Shown: one piece after another, positions 52,270 through 64,000 of the stretch | How positions within the stretch are numbered: the stretch's first letter is position 1 | Layout of the letters: each line of letters begins with the position of its first letter | Source: Sphyrna mokarran | Taxonomy: Eukaryota | Length of the DNA: 64,000 nucleotides | Direction: 5' to 3' | NCBI GenBank assembly: GCA_024679065.1 | Contig: JAGIQG010000009.1 | Coordinates: 73,222,001-73,286,000, forward strand | The notes under the pieces: model-generated | Seen by the model: the letters and a program-made list of their open reading frames with translations, nothing else | Databases searched by the model: none | Told to the model about the DNA's origin: nothing | Made by a program: the position numbers and the translations under genes

Positions 52270-52612
52270 GATGGTCTGGTAGTATTATCACTGGACTATT
52301 AATTCAGAAACTCAGCTAATGCTCTGGGGACCAGTGTCTAAATCCCGCTTCGGCAGATGGTGGAATTCGAATTCAATAAAAAGTACCTTGAATACCCTGC
52401 CTACTGATAACCATGAAACCGTGTTGATTGGAGGAAAAAATCCATCTGGTTCACTAATGTCCTCTTAGGCAGGACGTCTGCCACATTTTCCTGGTCTGGT
52501 CTCCCTGTGACTCCAGAGCCACAGCAATGTGATTGACTCTCAACTTGCCCTAGGACAACTAGTAATGGGCAATAAATGCTTGTCAGCAACACTCATGTCC
52601 TATGATTGCATT
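52270..52612 (+). mobile_element. tRNA-headed SINE (second family)
   Basis: Homologous to 32378-32692 (aaatcccgcttcggcagatggtggaattcgaattcaataaaaa). Confidence 0.8.
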
Positions 52613-53834
52613 AAAAATAGGAGAACTGGAGATCCATGTAAGCGTAAGGGATCTCAAGGCAAGAAAGGTAGAAAAAGCAGGTGGGATCATGAGGAGGACA
52701 ATTGGGGTCTCAGGGAATTGACTAGTCTGGTTGTCACCAAGTCTTAAGCAAGGACTTCCTAGTCTGATGGAAGCACGCCATGACCCCAACTCCCCTTTCT
52801 GCTTGAGATTGAACATCATTTATTTCTGGGTTTCCCCCTTGGAACATTAATCCATTTGCCACGGTGGTGAGTATGAAATTCTAGCCAATGTCTCTCAATA
52901 CTTCAAACAACATTGATATTTTCCAAGCTTCACTGTCAGGTTTGTTTATTCAGTTATGGTGTTTATTTGCAAGTACAAATAATACATGCAAGATTTTGAA
53001 CAATCCAATGTAGATCCTCTAATATTGGAAAAAGATTCCATAGGATTCATCAAAATATAGAAGCCGGATAAGTCTCTTTGAACTGAAAATAAAATGGCTC
53101 TCAGAAGATAATAAGGAATCCCGTTGCCCAAAAAAAACTACATAAATAATCACTTTAGAATTCCATACAGGGAAACTAGTCCATGGCGTTGTTTGGTTGG
53201 AGAATTAGGTCAATAATAATGTGACAATGCAATAACCTTTGATCCAAACTCTGATGAACATAACTTCCCACTGATCACACAAGGTTATAGAATCACCATT
53301 TGATTATTCAAGCTTGTACGTGTGGAACCTGATTGATAGTTGCTCACCAAAGACAAATGGAACTGCTAAAATTAGCGAGTGGTAAAATAATGTAGTTGTT
53401 GGAAACACAAAATATGAACAGAGAATGCTGGGAAAACCTTCACAGATCTGGTAGTAGCTGTGAGTCATATCCTACTTAAAAAAATTGGGTAGCATTTTCC
53501 GGGCCCTATGCGGTGTGTCTTCCAGCAACAGAGAGACTTGCTATTAGATGCTGGTGATGATAATGCCTGCGATGTTTTGTGTGCTGTCGGGGAACCCATT
53601 ACAGGGGTTGCCTTCAGCAGAACTGGTAGATCCCATTGGTAGGAAGCACCAGAAGATTTCACCAGTAAGAACGACCAGAAGATTCTGTCGACAGGATGGG
53701 TTGGAAAATTCCATCCATTAACTTTGTTTCTCTCGCCACAAATGCTGTCAGACCTGCTGAATACGTTTTCCCAATACTTTTTCTTCATATTGTTCAATAA
53801 GAGTTTTTTATTATATGGTTTCTGAGAACAACAG

Positions 53835-54965
53835 CCAGTTGCTTGAAAGTGATCTGAGTGTACAGTTACACGGGTCACTGAAAATGGCAATGCAGGTGGA
53901 AAAGCCAAGAAGGCATATGGCATTAAGTTTAAAAATTGGCAAGTCATGTTGCAGCTTATTGATGTATTTGTTTTTATCCTACAGGTGCTTTGGTCCACCT
54001 TGTTGTCTAATGAGGGGCATACACGTGATGGGTCGTGAGAGGACTGCTCTTGGATCTTTTTTGAGAGTATCCTACTGCATCACGTCGTTAGTGTACGCTT
54101 GACCTGGACCATCTGATGGGCAACACGACAGCTCAGTGACTATCGCTGTGTTGTGCAGAGACATGGATTTGGGCTTGTGTCTGTGGGAGTTTACGCATTC
54201 TCCCCGTGCTTGCGTGGGTTTTCTCCGGGAGCTCCGGTTTCCTCCCACATCCCAAAGATGTGCTCTTAGGCTAATTGGCAAAACATTCTCCCTAAATTGT
54301 CTCAAATTTGGTTTTTAATCCATAGATCTATAAACATGGACAGGGATCGCGGGTAGAGGTGGGAATATGGGGGTGGCGGCGCGGGCTCGTTGGGCCAAAG
54401 GGCCTATTTCCCGTGCTGTTTTTTCTTTGTTCTTTATAGAACTTTAGTTAGGTCGCAGTCGGAATATAGTGTTCAATTCTGGTCACCACACAATGAGAAG
54501 GATGTGGAGGCTTTGGAGAGGGTATGGAAAAGATTTACCAGGATGTTGCTGGTACGGAGGGCATCATCTATGAGGAGAGGTTGGAGAAACCTGGTTTGTT
54601 CTCACTAGAATGATGGGTATTGAGGAGTGACCTGATAGAAGTCTACAAGATTATGAGGCAGTTTGGATAGTCAGAAGCTTTTTTCCCAGGGTGGAAGAGT
54701 CAATTACTAGGAAGCATAGGTTTAAGGTGAAGATGTATGAGGCAAATCTTTTTACACAGAGAGTGGTGGGTGCCTGGAACTCGCTGCCAACAGAGGTTGT
54801 GGAAGCAGATACGATAGTGACTTTTAAGGGACATCTTGACAAATACATGAATAGGATGGGAATGGATGGATACGGTCCCCGGGGGCATGAGGTGTTTTAG
54901 TGCAGTTGGGCAGCATGGTCAGTGCAGGTTTGAAGGGCCTTAGGGCCTGTTCCTGTGCTCTAATT
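53835..54965 (+). mobile_element. CR1 3' end split by a composite insert
   Basis: gtcatgttgcagcttat | tatagaactttagttagg rejoin; ORFs LYRTLVRSQSEYSVQFWSPH..KDVEALERV and FTQRVVGAWNSLP. Confidence 0.88.
53961..54432 (+). mobile_element. Composite retroposon: unknown structured 5' module + degenerate-head V-SINE + CR1 tail
   Basis: Sits as one block inside the CR1. 54117-54432 has a V-domain and CR1 tail with retained CpGs; 53961-54116 is not SINE-like. Confidence 0.65.
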
Positions 54966-55696
54966 TTCTTTGTTCTTTGATAGGCATAATGCGTAATTGG
55001 TTAAACAATACTCACCACCTATGACATCCAAATGGACACAAAATACATCAAATTGACTATTCTGTAATGGTAGAGACTGCAAACTGTCATTTTCTAATGT
55101 TAAAAATTTTGGCACTGCCTTTGGTATGTGGCTCAAAGACTTAAAGCTCACTATGTCTGGGATATCTAATAGCCTAATCTTATGATCAAGTAACCCAGAA
55201 TGATAACAACAAGATTTCCTAATGCTATAGAGTGCCTTTTACAATAGTCCTCATTCGATATTCAACCAAGAGAACTTCAGATAATTTATTAAGCTAAGGC
55301 CAGAAAATCTGCTTTATTTAACAAAGAGAAAATGTATTTTTTTAATTTCATTCATGGAATGTGGGCAACACTGGCTGGCCAACTGATAACGAAGAATACA
55401 ATTTTAGACATCTTGTGCTGAAATCAATGTGTAGGTTACTCATAAAATAAAAGGTCGGAATGCCTACACTGATCCCCATTATCTAAACCATTCTGGTTGA
55501 GGCTTCTTTGATCTATATTTTGCAGCTGTACCGTTTTGTGAATTCATTTCCCAAAGACCTCTTAATAGTCATTTTGTTTTTTTTTTAAACATAAATTAGC
55601 TCAGTAAGCTCTAATGTCAATAATTCTTGAAATGCAACATCTTGGTGTGACAATTTGAAACTTTCAACAGATCTGGTTCATTCTCATTATTCAGAA

Positions 55697-55872
55697 AAGG
55701 TGGTGTCACAGTTGTTAGCACTGCTGCCTCACAGCACCAGGGACCCAGGTTCAATTCTGGCCTTGGGTGACTGTCTGTATGAAATTTGCCTGTTCTCCCT
55801 GTATCTGCATAGATTTCCTGCGGATGCTCCGGTTTCCTCCCATAGTTCAAAGATGTGCAGGTTAGGGATTCT
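55697..55872 (+). mobile_element. tRNA-derived V-SINE, 3'-deleted
   Basis: gtcacagttgttagcactgctgcctcacagcaccagggacccaggttcaattc head and V-domain. Confidence 0.85.
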
Positions 55873-56164
55873 GTGGGTTTTGTTTTGCAATTTCAAATGC
55901 TACACACAGGAGGGGAGTGCTCAGTGTTGCTAAGACTAGGTGCTTTGAAGTGGATTCCCCATCTCTGACATGGTATCCGTAAACCTAATGGCAAGTTAAT
56001 GACAATCCAAGAAGTTAGCAACATGACTATTCACAGGGTAATACATAGCAAAAGGAATAGCTGTATGAAAAATTGGTCTTGGATTGAAAGGCTAATTAAA
56101 ACACTCATATGAGAGATATCAGTCATGGAGAATCAAACTCAAAGAACCTGGTGTTAGAAACACT

Positions 56165-56530
56165 GAGCACTACAATACAAAAAAATGACACTGAGCCACA
56201 TAAGCAAAGACTTGGAACAAAGACTTGTGGTCAGTTTTAAGGAGTGTCTTAAAGGAGGAATGTGAAGAGGAGAAGTGGAAAGTGCAGGGTGGGGATTTTT
56301 AGAGCTTAGGTACTCAACAATTGACAATTGCTGTGACCACCAGTGTTGTGATTAAAATTGAGGTTGCTCAAGAGGCTAAAATTAAGATATCTTGGAGGTT
56401 TATGGGTTGGAGGAAATGGCATAGATTGGGAGTGATGAAGCCAGTTGAAGATTTGAAAACAAGGATGATGTTTTAAAAATCAAGACATCTCAAGAGCCAA
56501 AATAGATGAGTGAACAGAGGCATGAAACAA
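56165..56530 (-). mobile_element. L2-type LINE 3' fragment
   Basis: aaatgacactgagccacataag...gttttaaggagtgtcttaaaggaggaa; same family as 13140-13830. Confidence 0.6.
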
Positions 56531-58099
56531 GTAAGTGGAAATTGGGCCGGAATTTTCCTGTCAGCCCCATGGCTGAGCCAGTGAACTATTGAAATCTCCA
56601 TTCACATCAGTGAGACTGAAACATTCCTGCCAGCATGAAGGGGCTGGAAAATTTCAGTCTGGCTGTGTGTTCAGACATATGCCACAGAGTTTTGTATGAC
56701 CTCAAAATCAACACACTGAAAACAATATCATATGCATATGCACATAAAGGACAAGTGCATTTTGCGGTGGTGAAGGCAGTCAGCCCTTGGCCAATGATGG
56801 GATCTTCTGGTCGCAATGTCAATGGGTTTCCTTGTAGCCCGCATCTTCTGAATATTTGACGGAAAACTGGCATTGGTGGGGCCAGAAGATCCCATAAAAT
56901 GTCTATTCAGTTCAAACAGTAAAGTTGATTTAACTCCACCCCACGTATGGGGAACCCCAACATACATGTGAGGTAAGAGGGATGTAATGTTGTCTTCCAA
57001 CTCAAATGTATGCAAGTTCTCTAGAAGATGCCATGAAGCACCTGTCAAAAAGAGATACCTCGTGGATCTTAAGGGCTGGAGGTCTTACGTTGGTGCCTTT
57101 GGCAGTACCCGGATTTATACTTCAGTTTAGATATAAGGCTGTGTCTGAGATTCAGTGAAGGATAATGTTGGAGAGTACAAATATGAGCATGTAAGGATCA
57201 GATGTGTTCTGTACCTCTATGATGTAGTTGGTTCTAGTTCTGTTGCCCTAAGAAAGGTAAACCCACACGGGGAAAGTATTTAATAATAAGCACATATACC
57301 TTTACGCGTTCAGTCTAAACTGACAACGAATTCCACAAGAAGGTATCCTGGGGTGGAATATTACTACCCCTTCGCAATAGGAATGGGGGCCACAAGATGC
57401 GACCAACCATTCAAAAATCTGTTCGGCAGGTCTGGAAAATTGGGCTGGCAGGAAGGGCCTTATATTTCTGCCCCGAATGTTTTGATAGATGGTTAGACAA
57501 TCAGCAAGTCTCAGCCACAGCAACCCCTTCTCTGCATGATGTTATGCTGGAGAATTCAGAATTGTAAGCAGAATTGTAAGAACAGAAAAGCTTTTCAAAG
57601 TGAGAAGCCTGAAATAGATATGATTTACAGCTTGCCTGCCATTCTCCCTCTCCAGTATTGAACTGACTGCTGCTTGAACTGAAGTAATATATTTTAGAGC
57701 TAAAAGAGCCTGGTGCAATATATTTTCAATCATTATATTTGAAAAATACTACTTCAGTTTTTTGCTGACTATTAAATGTTACGAAATGGAAGTTTAAGTT
57801 AAGAATATTATCTGTTGCCAGCTTTTCACTTTTAATGCTGAAGTATTACATGGTCGTAAAACTGAATGGAAAATCTAGGCAGCAGAGAGCCGCACTGCAT
57901 TGTTCCAAATAGAATTTCTGTTTCACACATTCTACTCTTGAACATAAATTTGAAACTTAATTCGTTGAATATGGTAGCCCAAAATGTGTTGTGTATATTT
58001 ATATTCATTAATTTGTCAGAAAAGTGAATATCTTCTCAATTACAGCATCATGTGGGTTAAATTGGCTCCTTCCACTCCTGACAAAAGTTAAGTGGAGGG

Positions 58100-58345
58100 A
58101 TCATAACAGAACAAAGAAAAGTACAGCACAGGAACAGGCCCTTCAGCTCTCCAAGCCTGATCGATCATGTTGCCTGTCTAAACTAAAACCATATGCACTT
58201 ATGGAGTCCATATTCTTCCATTCCATCTTATTCGTGTATTTGTCTAGTCGCCCCGTAAATGACGCTCTCGTACCTGCTCCCACCACTTTCCACATTTCAG
58301 ACATTCACCACCCTCTGTGTAAAAAAAAAACTTGCCTTGCACAAT
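58100..58345 (-). mobile_element. Short CR1 3' end
   Basis: agaacaaagaaaagtacagcacaggaacaggcccttc tail; caccaccctctgtgtaaaaaa. Confidence 0.8.
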
Positions 58346-59514
58346 TAATCCCTGGCTTTTCAATGTCATAAGAGGCAGCATGGCATCTTCACATATTTCT
58401 ATGCTTTTAGTATACAGTCATGACAGGCGCACTGTTGATTGGTTGAACGCATCAAAAATAATCATTGCTAACACTATTTAAAGTAACTAACCTGCATCTC
58501 CTAACCAAATATGCATCACAGCTGAAGTAAGTATCGGGAATTCTTTGTAACATTCCATCTCTAATGAAGGGCCATCTTCTTTGTGGCATGATAACGTTTT
58601 GTGGAAAATTCCAGAGGTTTGATTCAGTGATGATGACAGTTCAAGGCAATGCAGAATACAACTTGTGGGACAATTTGGGCATGATGGTGTTCCAATTCAT
58701 CAGATAATTGAATTGACCTACCTCACACTAAGTTAATCTTTCTCTACACCCGAGCTAAGACTGTAACACTACATTCAGCACCCGCCTCTTTTTCTTCTCT
58801 ATGAACAGTATGCTTTGTCTGAATAGCACACAAGAAACATAATATACTAATACATGTGGTATTAATAAATCAAATCACATTCTCGTTTTTTCAATTGTAG
58901 AAGTGGTGAGCCTGGAGATACTGTCAAATTAAACTTGTTGAATTACTATAGTGTATGTTACGGATGCATATTGTAGTCATTTGGTAGAACAGTGTTGGAG
59001 AAAATAGATATTAAATCCAATGGGTCACCAATGAGACAAATTACTCTGTCCCAAATGTTATTTGAATGTTGTTGTTGCTACAGAACTGTTAAGCATTCTA
59101 TCACACTTGTGCCTTGTAAATATTAGACAGGCTTTGAAGATTTGAAACACTCACTGTGGGATATCCAACCTACACATAACCATATTACTAAAGCATTTGA
59201 AATGAAATGTGTAATTTTTTACATTTAACATTTTGTTTAAATGCTTACTTTAGCTTTGTGGGGGTGGAATTTTAGAGAAGTGCTGATTCTGACCAGGGGT
59301 GAAGGTGGGGTGGGGTGGGGTGGGGGGGTGCTGGAGATTTCCGGGATAGACTGAGGGGGAAAGTTTACCCAGATTCTGATCAAGGTGCCCTTTTAAAGAT
59401 GGCACCTGATCTCTGTGCAGTCAGGTTTTGTTGGCGTGAAATATGCCTCCTTGATTCTTTTTTAGATAAAGATCTGGAGAGAAACCCAACAGTTTTCTCT
59501 GGAAAGAAACAATT

Positions 59515-60125
59515 TGATGTGATTTAATTTATTATTATCACATGTGAATGGATAGTGTGACAAGTATTGCTGCTTGTGCACTGTACAAATAAAAACATAC
59601 CAGTCATAGAGTACATGGGGAGAAAGAAAGTAGAGGGTGCAGAATATAGTGTTGCCGTTATACATAGGGAGAAGAGAACATAGAACATTACAGCACAGTA
59701 CAGGCCCTTTAGCCCTTAATGTTGCATCGACCTAAGAAACCAATCTAAAGCCCATCTAACCTACACAATTCCAATATCATCCATTAAAAGTCATCCATTC
59801 AGAAAGATCAGCTTAATACATAATAGGTACATTGGCAGCAAGGAAGAAACTGTTTTTTTTAGGTCAGTTGGTACGTGTTCTCAGACTTTTGTGCCCATTG
59901 AATGAAAGAGAGTATGTCTGGGGTGCTTGGGGTCCTTGATTATGCTGGCTATTTTTCCAAGACAGTAGGAAGTAGAGATAGAGCCAATGGATGAGAGGTT
60001 AGCTTGTATGATGAAATGGGCTGCATGTACAACCTCTTGTAGTTTCTTGGGATCTTGGTCAGAGCAGTAGCCATATCAAACTGCAATACTTCCAGAAGGG
60101 ATGGTTTCTATGGTGCATCTGTAAA
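59515..60125 (-). mobile_element. Rex1/Babar LINE 3' end with a small CR1 tail inserted (~59672-59790)
   Basis: Reverse complement of 7140-7345 (tttattattatcacatg...tcagttggtacgtgttctcagactttt); a further + strand 3' UTR copy lies at 58710-58878. Confidence 0.75.
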
Positions 60126-62239
60126 CATTTCCCTTCCATCACTGGTTTTTTGCCAGAAGCAATATTTTTTGATGAGATTCCCTCCATTGAGTGCAAAAAG
60201 AACACTTTCTCCTTTCAAATCGCATGTTGGAACTGAAATACTATGCTACGATGTGATTCTGAAACTTGAGAAACCTGTGTTTGAAATTACTCTGATGTAA
60301 GTAGTTGATTGTAACACTATGAAATTAAGTGCTCAAAGTGACCTGTTGATGTATCAGTTTGAATGTGATGTCACTGTAAGTGACTGCACGTTGCTCTTTT
60401 AGAAGTTCAAAATAGCCATTTCAATGCAGCTTCACTCCACGCAGACTTCATTTTATAAATATTGAGTTGAATGAATGTGATTTCGACTGAATTCACAAAA
60501 GCAGCACAAACACTAACAGTTGGTACCAGAAAAGCGACAATGGGCTATTAGGGTTGTTCTGCTCTGCATCGCTTTCAAAATCCATTTAAACAAATGGAGA
60601 ATATCTGCTGTGTTGCCTTATGTTTAAGAGGCATTCCAAGGAGATGGTTGACTGTAATTTTCTGTATGTTGCCCAATAACTAGGGAAGTGAATTAAATAA
60701 CTTTTTTTATCATTATCACTTTATCTACTTCTTGGCAATGTAGGATGGAAGGCTCATCATGGGGAATTTATTCCACTCAGGTCTCCTTTCTGGATTGTTT
60801 CCTTGATCCTTCTATAATAATGTCATGTGCTGGTATTATAGTCTTTGGAAGGCTAAGCTGACTAAATTAGTTTGGACACATTTATGCACTTGCTCAAATC
60901 GAGGTAGTTTAAGTGAAATGTCAGTTTCCAGTAAGAAAACTGTCAGTCCATGCTGGAAGTTCCCTTCCTTTCTATTCTGACGTTAGCGCCTGGAATATAA
61001 ACGAGATGCTGATTTCACTGAGCAACAACCAGTCCATTTTCAAATGGTTGTGAGTCACCAATGCACTTCTTTAAAACAATTTAAGATGCAGTTTTCTTAC
61101 AAACTGGACTGATCGATTTGCCCAGTCTGCATCTAACAAGCAATGATAACATAGCAATTATTGATGTTAAGGAAATGCCTCCAAATGCTCACAGTTAAAA
61201 TGATATTGAGTTTATAAAGATGTAAATAATATTCGTTAAGAATGTGAAAATTCTAGAGGAAAAGAAACCATTGCATGGTCTTTTCAGAAGTTGGATTTGT
61301 TTTAGTGCTTGGAGGTTTAAAAGGCAGAGTGCATTCAGAGTCTAAGATGACACATTTGTATCAAATGCCAGGGAATAGGTTTGCCTTTGGTAACAGGCTT
61401 CAGACTTTTGAATGTTTTTGAATCCAGCCCCCTACCAATTTAAAAGCAGACCCTCAGATACCAAGAAACTATGAGATTTGAATTTAATGTTGTTGACAAT
61501 AGCACTGTAATCCTATTATTGGAAAATTGATAGATCATCACTGGTATAAAAAAGTTTGTAAAGAGGAAAACAACCAGTTAGCCTCTGCCACCTCTCAAAT
61601 CAAAAGGATGAGAGCAGCTCTCTACCCTGCCTTCTAACCAGTGAAAGGTACAGATTTAAAATAACTGACAGACAGAGGGAATCCACACAAGAACTCCAAG
61701 TTTCCAAAAGCCACAAAACCTGGTTTTAATTTTTGAAAGTGATGGAATTTGATTATTTTATTTTTGGTTAATGAAAGAGTATTGTATTTTATTTTGAACA
61801 GCATTCCAGTAGAATCTTATTCTATTCAGTATGTTCCTTCTCTAGTTAAAGTTCCCTGTTAGTTAAATAAATAAAGTATGAAATGTTCATGTAAAGTGAG
61901 TATTCAGTGTTTCTGTTAAGTAACCACTAAACATTATCGAAGGACAGTCCACCTGCCCACAAATTTTTAATGAGTTGAAGCATTCCTCTATGGGGGATTC
62001 GGCATTGTGTCTTAAAGGGGAACAGCCTCCATATCGTAACACTGACAATATGAAATGTGCAATATCCAGTATGAAAAATAATTCAATGTGAATTGTTTGT
62101 ACACCTTTGCCTCTTTTAATTGGCTGATTTGAATTGCTTTTGGGCTGTTGAAACAGCAGAGGCACACAAGAGACTGTCCAACTGTGTTTAGGAATGTATT
62201 GAGCCAATAGCAGAAATACGCTCGTATTGTGGAATCAAG

Positions 62240-62990
62240 AAAATTGGTGACTCAAATGCTTGTGCTATGGGAGTGACTGAGTGTAATTATGAAGCAGGTC
62301 ATGTGAACATGCCAATCCTCCTTTACGTACTCCAGCCATAAGAAGCAACAAGATCTGGACAATGTCCAGAGCCTGCAAGTGGCAAGTAATATTTGCACTA
62401 CATAAGTGCTGAGCAATGACCATGTCTCACAAGAGATAATCAAACCGTCACCTCTTGACATTCAATGGCAACACTATTGCTGAATCTCCCACTATCAATA
62501 TCCTGGGGGGGTGAGCATTGACCGGACACTGAACAGTAGCAGTAGCTACAAAGCAGGCCAGAGACTCAAAGTTCTGCACCAAATAACTCATCTTCTGACT
62601 CCCCAAAGCCTGTCCAGCACCTACAAGTCAGGAGTGTAATGGAATAGTCTCCACTTGGCTGGATTGATTGGCACCCCATTTACAAACAGTCACTTCTTCC
62701 ACTGCTGATGCACAGTGGCAGCAGTATATACCATCTACGAGATGCACTGCAGGAACTCACCTAGGCTCCTTCAACAGCCACCTTCCATGCCCATGAATGA
62801 TAACATCTAGAAGCACAAGGGCAACAGATGCTGGAGGGTCCACCACCTAGAAGGTCTCCACTAAACCATTCCGACTTGGAAATCTATTACTGTTCCTTCA
62901 CTGTTGGTGAGTCAAAATACTGGAATTCCTTCCCTAACAGCACCACATTCATTGCCCATTCTCATTTGTTGTGAGAAGTTAGCTGTGGGA
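62240..62990 (+). mobile_element. Decayed non-LTR retrotransposon 3' part (same family as 25140-26170)
   Basis: caacaagatctggacaatgtccag, atcaatatcctggggggtgagcattgacc, gagtcaaaatactggaattccttccctaacagcac. Confidence 0.7.
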
Positions 62991-63659
62991 TGTCTATTTA
63001 CTTTGATTTGGGAGGCTATACTAGTCAACATCAAGACTCAACCACACAGTGCAGTCCTGTTGGTTTGCTTGGATGAAAAATTGAAATTTTTTGCAATGAA
63101 AAATTGTCTCCCTGAAGGATGTTAGTAAACAATTTTGTTTTCTTATTAAATGGAGCCTGTTGACAGATTATTGTATGTCAAAATTGTAAGGGATTCATTG
63201 CCGTCTGTGAATGCTCTTCTGATTGAAGGGTCTGATGTAGCATCTGTGTGGGCATGCACAGAACTGACAGTTCATGTTGTCATTGTCATTGCTGGGGGAC
63301 CTTTACCCTCTATACTCAAATTCTTTACCGTAGATTTAGCAAGAAAATCTAACCTCGCAAAGTACAGTATAACAAAAGTCCTGTGGTGATGGAAAGCGAT
63401 GCAGTGATGGCTGCAGTCATGTTGGAAGTCCTAGCCCTCAAGCTCCACATGAGCAGTCCTTAAATAAAGTTGGTGACTAGATGTACCTGAAGCAGTATAA
63501 ACACCATGCAGCACTCAATGATTACCTAACCACTCTATTTAAGGATGTACAGCTGACCAGTTCTTCATTTGAAGGCCAGATAGGAGGAGGAAGAACAAAG
63601 CTTACTCTTTATGATGCAGCTCAGCATATGCCATCTGGGAGTGATTCAATCCAGCAGCA

Positions 63660-63960
63660 AGAAATCACTGAAAAAAACAAAGACAATATTAAGTCGCCAG
63701 CCATGACTGTGGCATGCTGGAATGTCTGCACTCTACTAGATCCTCAAACCAGCAGTCAACATGAACACTATTCAACACTAGTAGCCAGGGAGCTACAGAA
63801 CGTAGAGGGATAGAGGTTGGCCTGCATTCCGGAGTGAGGTTACAAAGAATCTGAAAATCCTTCCAAAGGCCAAAGAACAACTGATGATCCCACACCTTCT
63901 CCTGCAACAGAATGGATGACACACAAAACTCACAGTGCATCTGCTCTAACAATGACTAAT
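63660..63960 (+). mobile_element. RTE LINE 5' (APE endonuclease start) remnant
   Basis: MTVACWNVCTLLD...STLVARELQ matches the RTE N-terminal WNVRTLLD...TALVARELARY motif. Confidence 0.7.
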
Positions 63961-64000
63961 ACTGATGATTTAAAGGAATTTAAGCTTCCATAATCTCATA

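Larger units (their letters stand above)
1536..64000 (+). other. Large ASTN1 intron; next exon lies beyond the window
   Basis: No ORF or reading frame resembling the next ASTN1 exon (GGMIALLLSILCLVMILY...) was seen in the ORF track or by eye. Confidence 0.7.

Noticed and set aside
53465-53998. Longest ORF in the track (177 aa, minus strand)
   Set aside because: It spans antisense CR1, a Penelope pLTR piece and a MITE-like unit; no protein motif.
11510-55933. Many similar short ORFs (CKLHTD..., VAQWLALLPHS...) suggesting a gene family, or tRNA genes
   Set aside because: All are translations of V-SINE copies; the tRNA-like heads belong to SINEs and are not tRNA genes.
1-64000. Prokaryotic-type systems (CRISPR arrays, operons, defence loci)
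   Set aside because: No regularly spaced repeat-spacer array or gene-dense region; the sequence is a vertebrate intron.

Overview
This is eukaryotic vertebrate DNA. The repeat complement (V-SINE/HE1-type SINEs, Deu-type SINEs, CR1, L2, Rex1/Babar, RTE, Penelope, Harbinger) points to a cartilaginous fish (shark); that assignment is my inference. The only recognisable host coding sequence is one 188-bp internal exon of astrotactin-1 (ASTN1) at 1348-1535 on the + strand. I found no following exon, so the remaining ~62 kb appears to be intron, densely packed with decayed and nested transposons. Nearly all ORFs in the supplied track are TE fragments or noise. Three things stand out. (1) Several Penelope pseudo-LTR copies carry minimal hammerhead ribozymes with a compensatory stem change, and one is a 102-bp ribozyme-bearing unit nested in another with a 12-bp TSD. 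(2) A composite insert at 53961-54432 has a non-SINE 5' part that folds by eye into a ~120-nt three-way-junction RNA I cannot assign to a known family. (3) Two sites show locally templated or snap-back insertions. Repeat boundaries are approximate and family names come from recalled motifs, not database searches.
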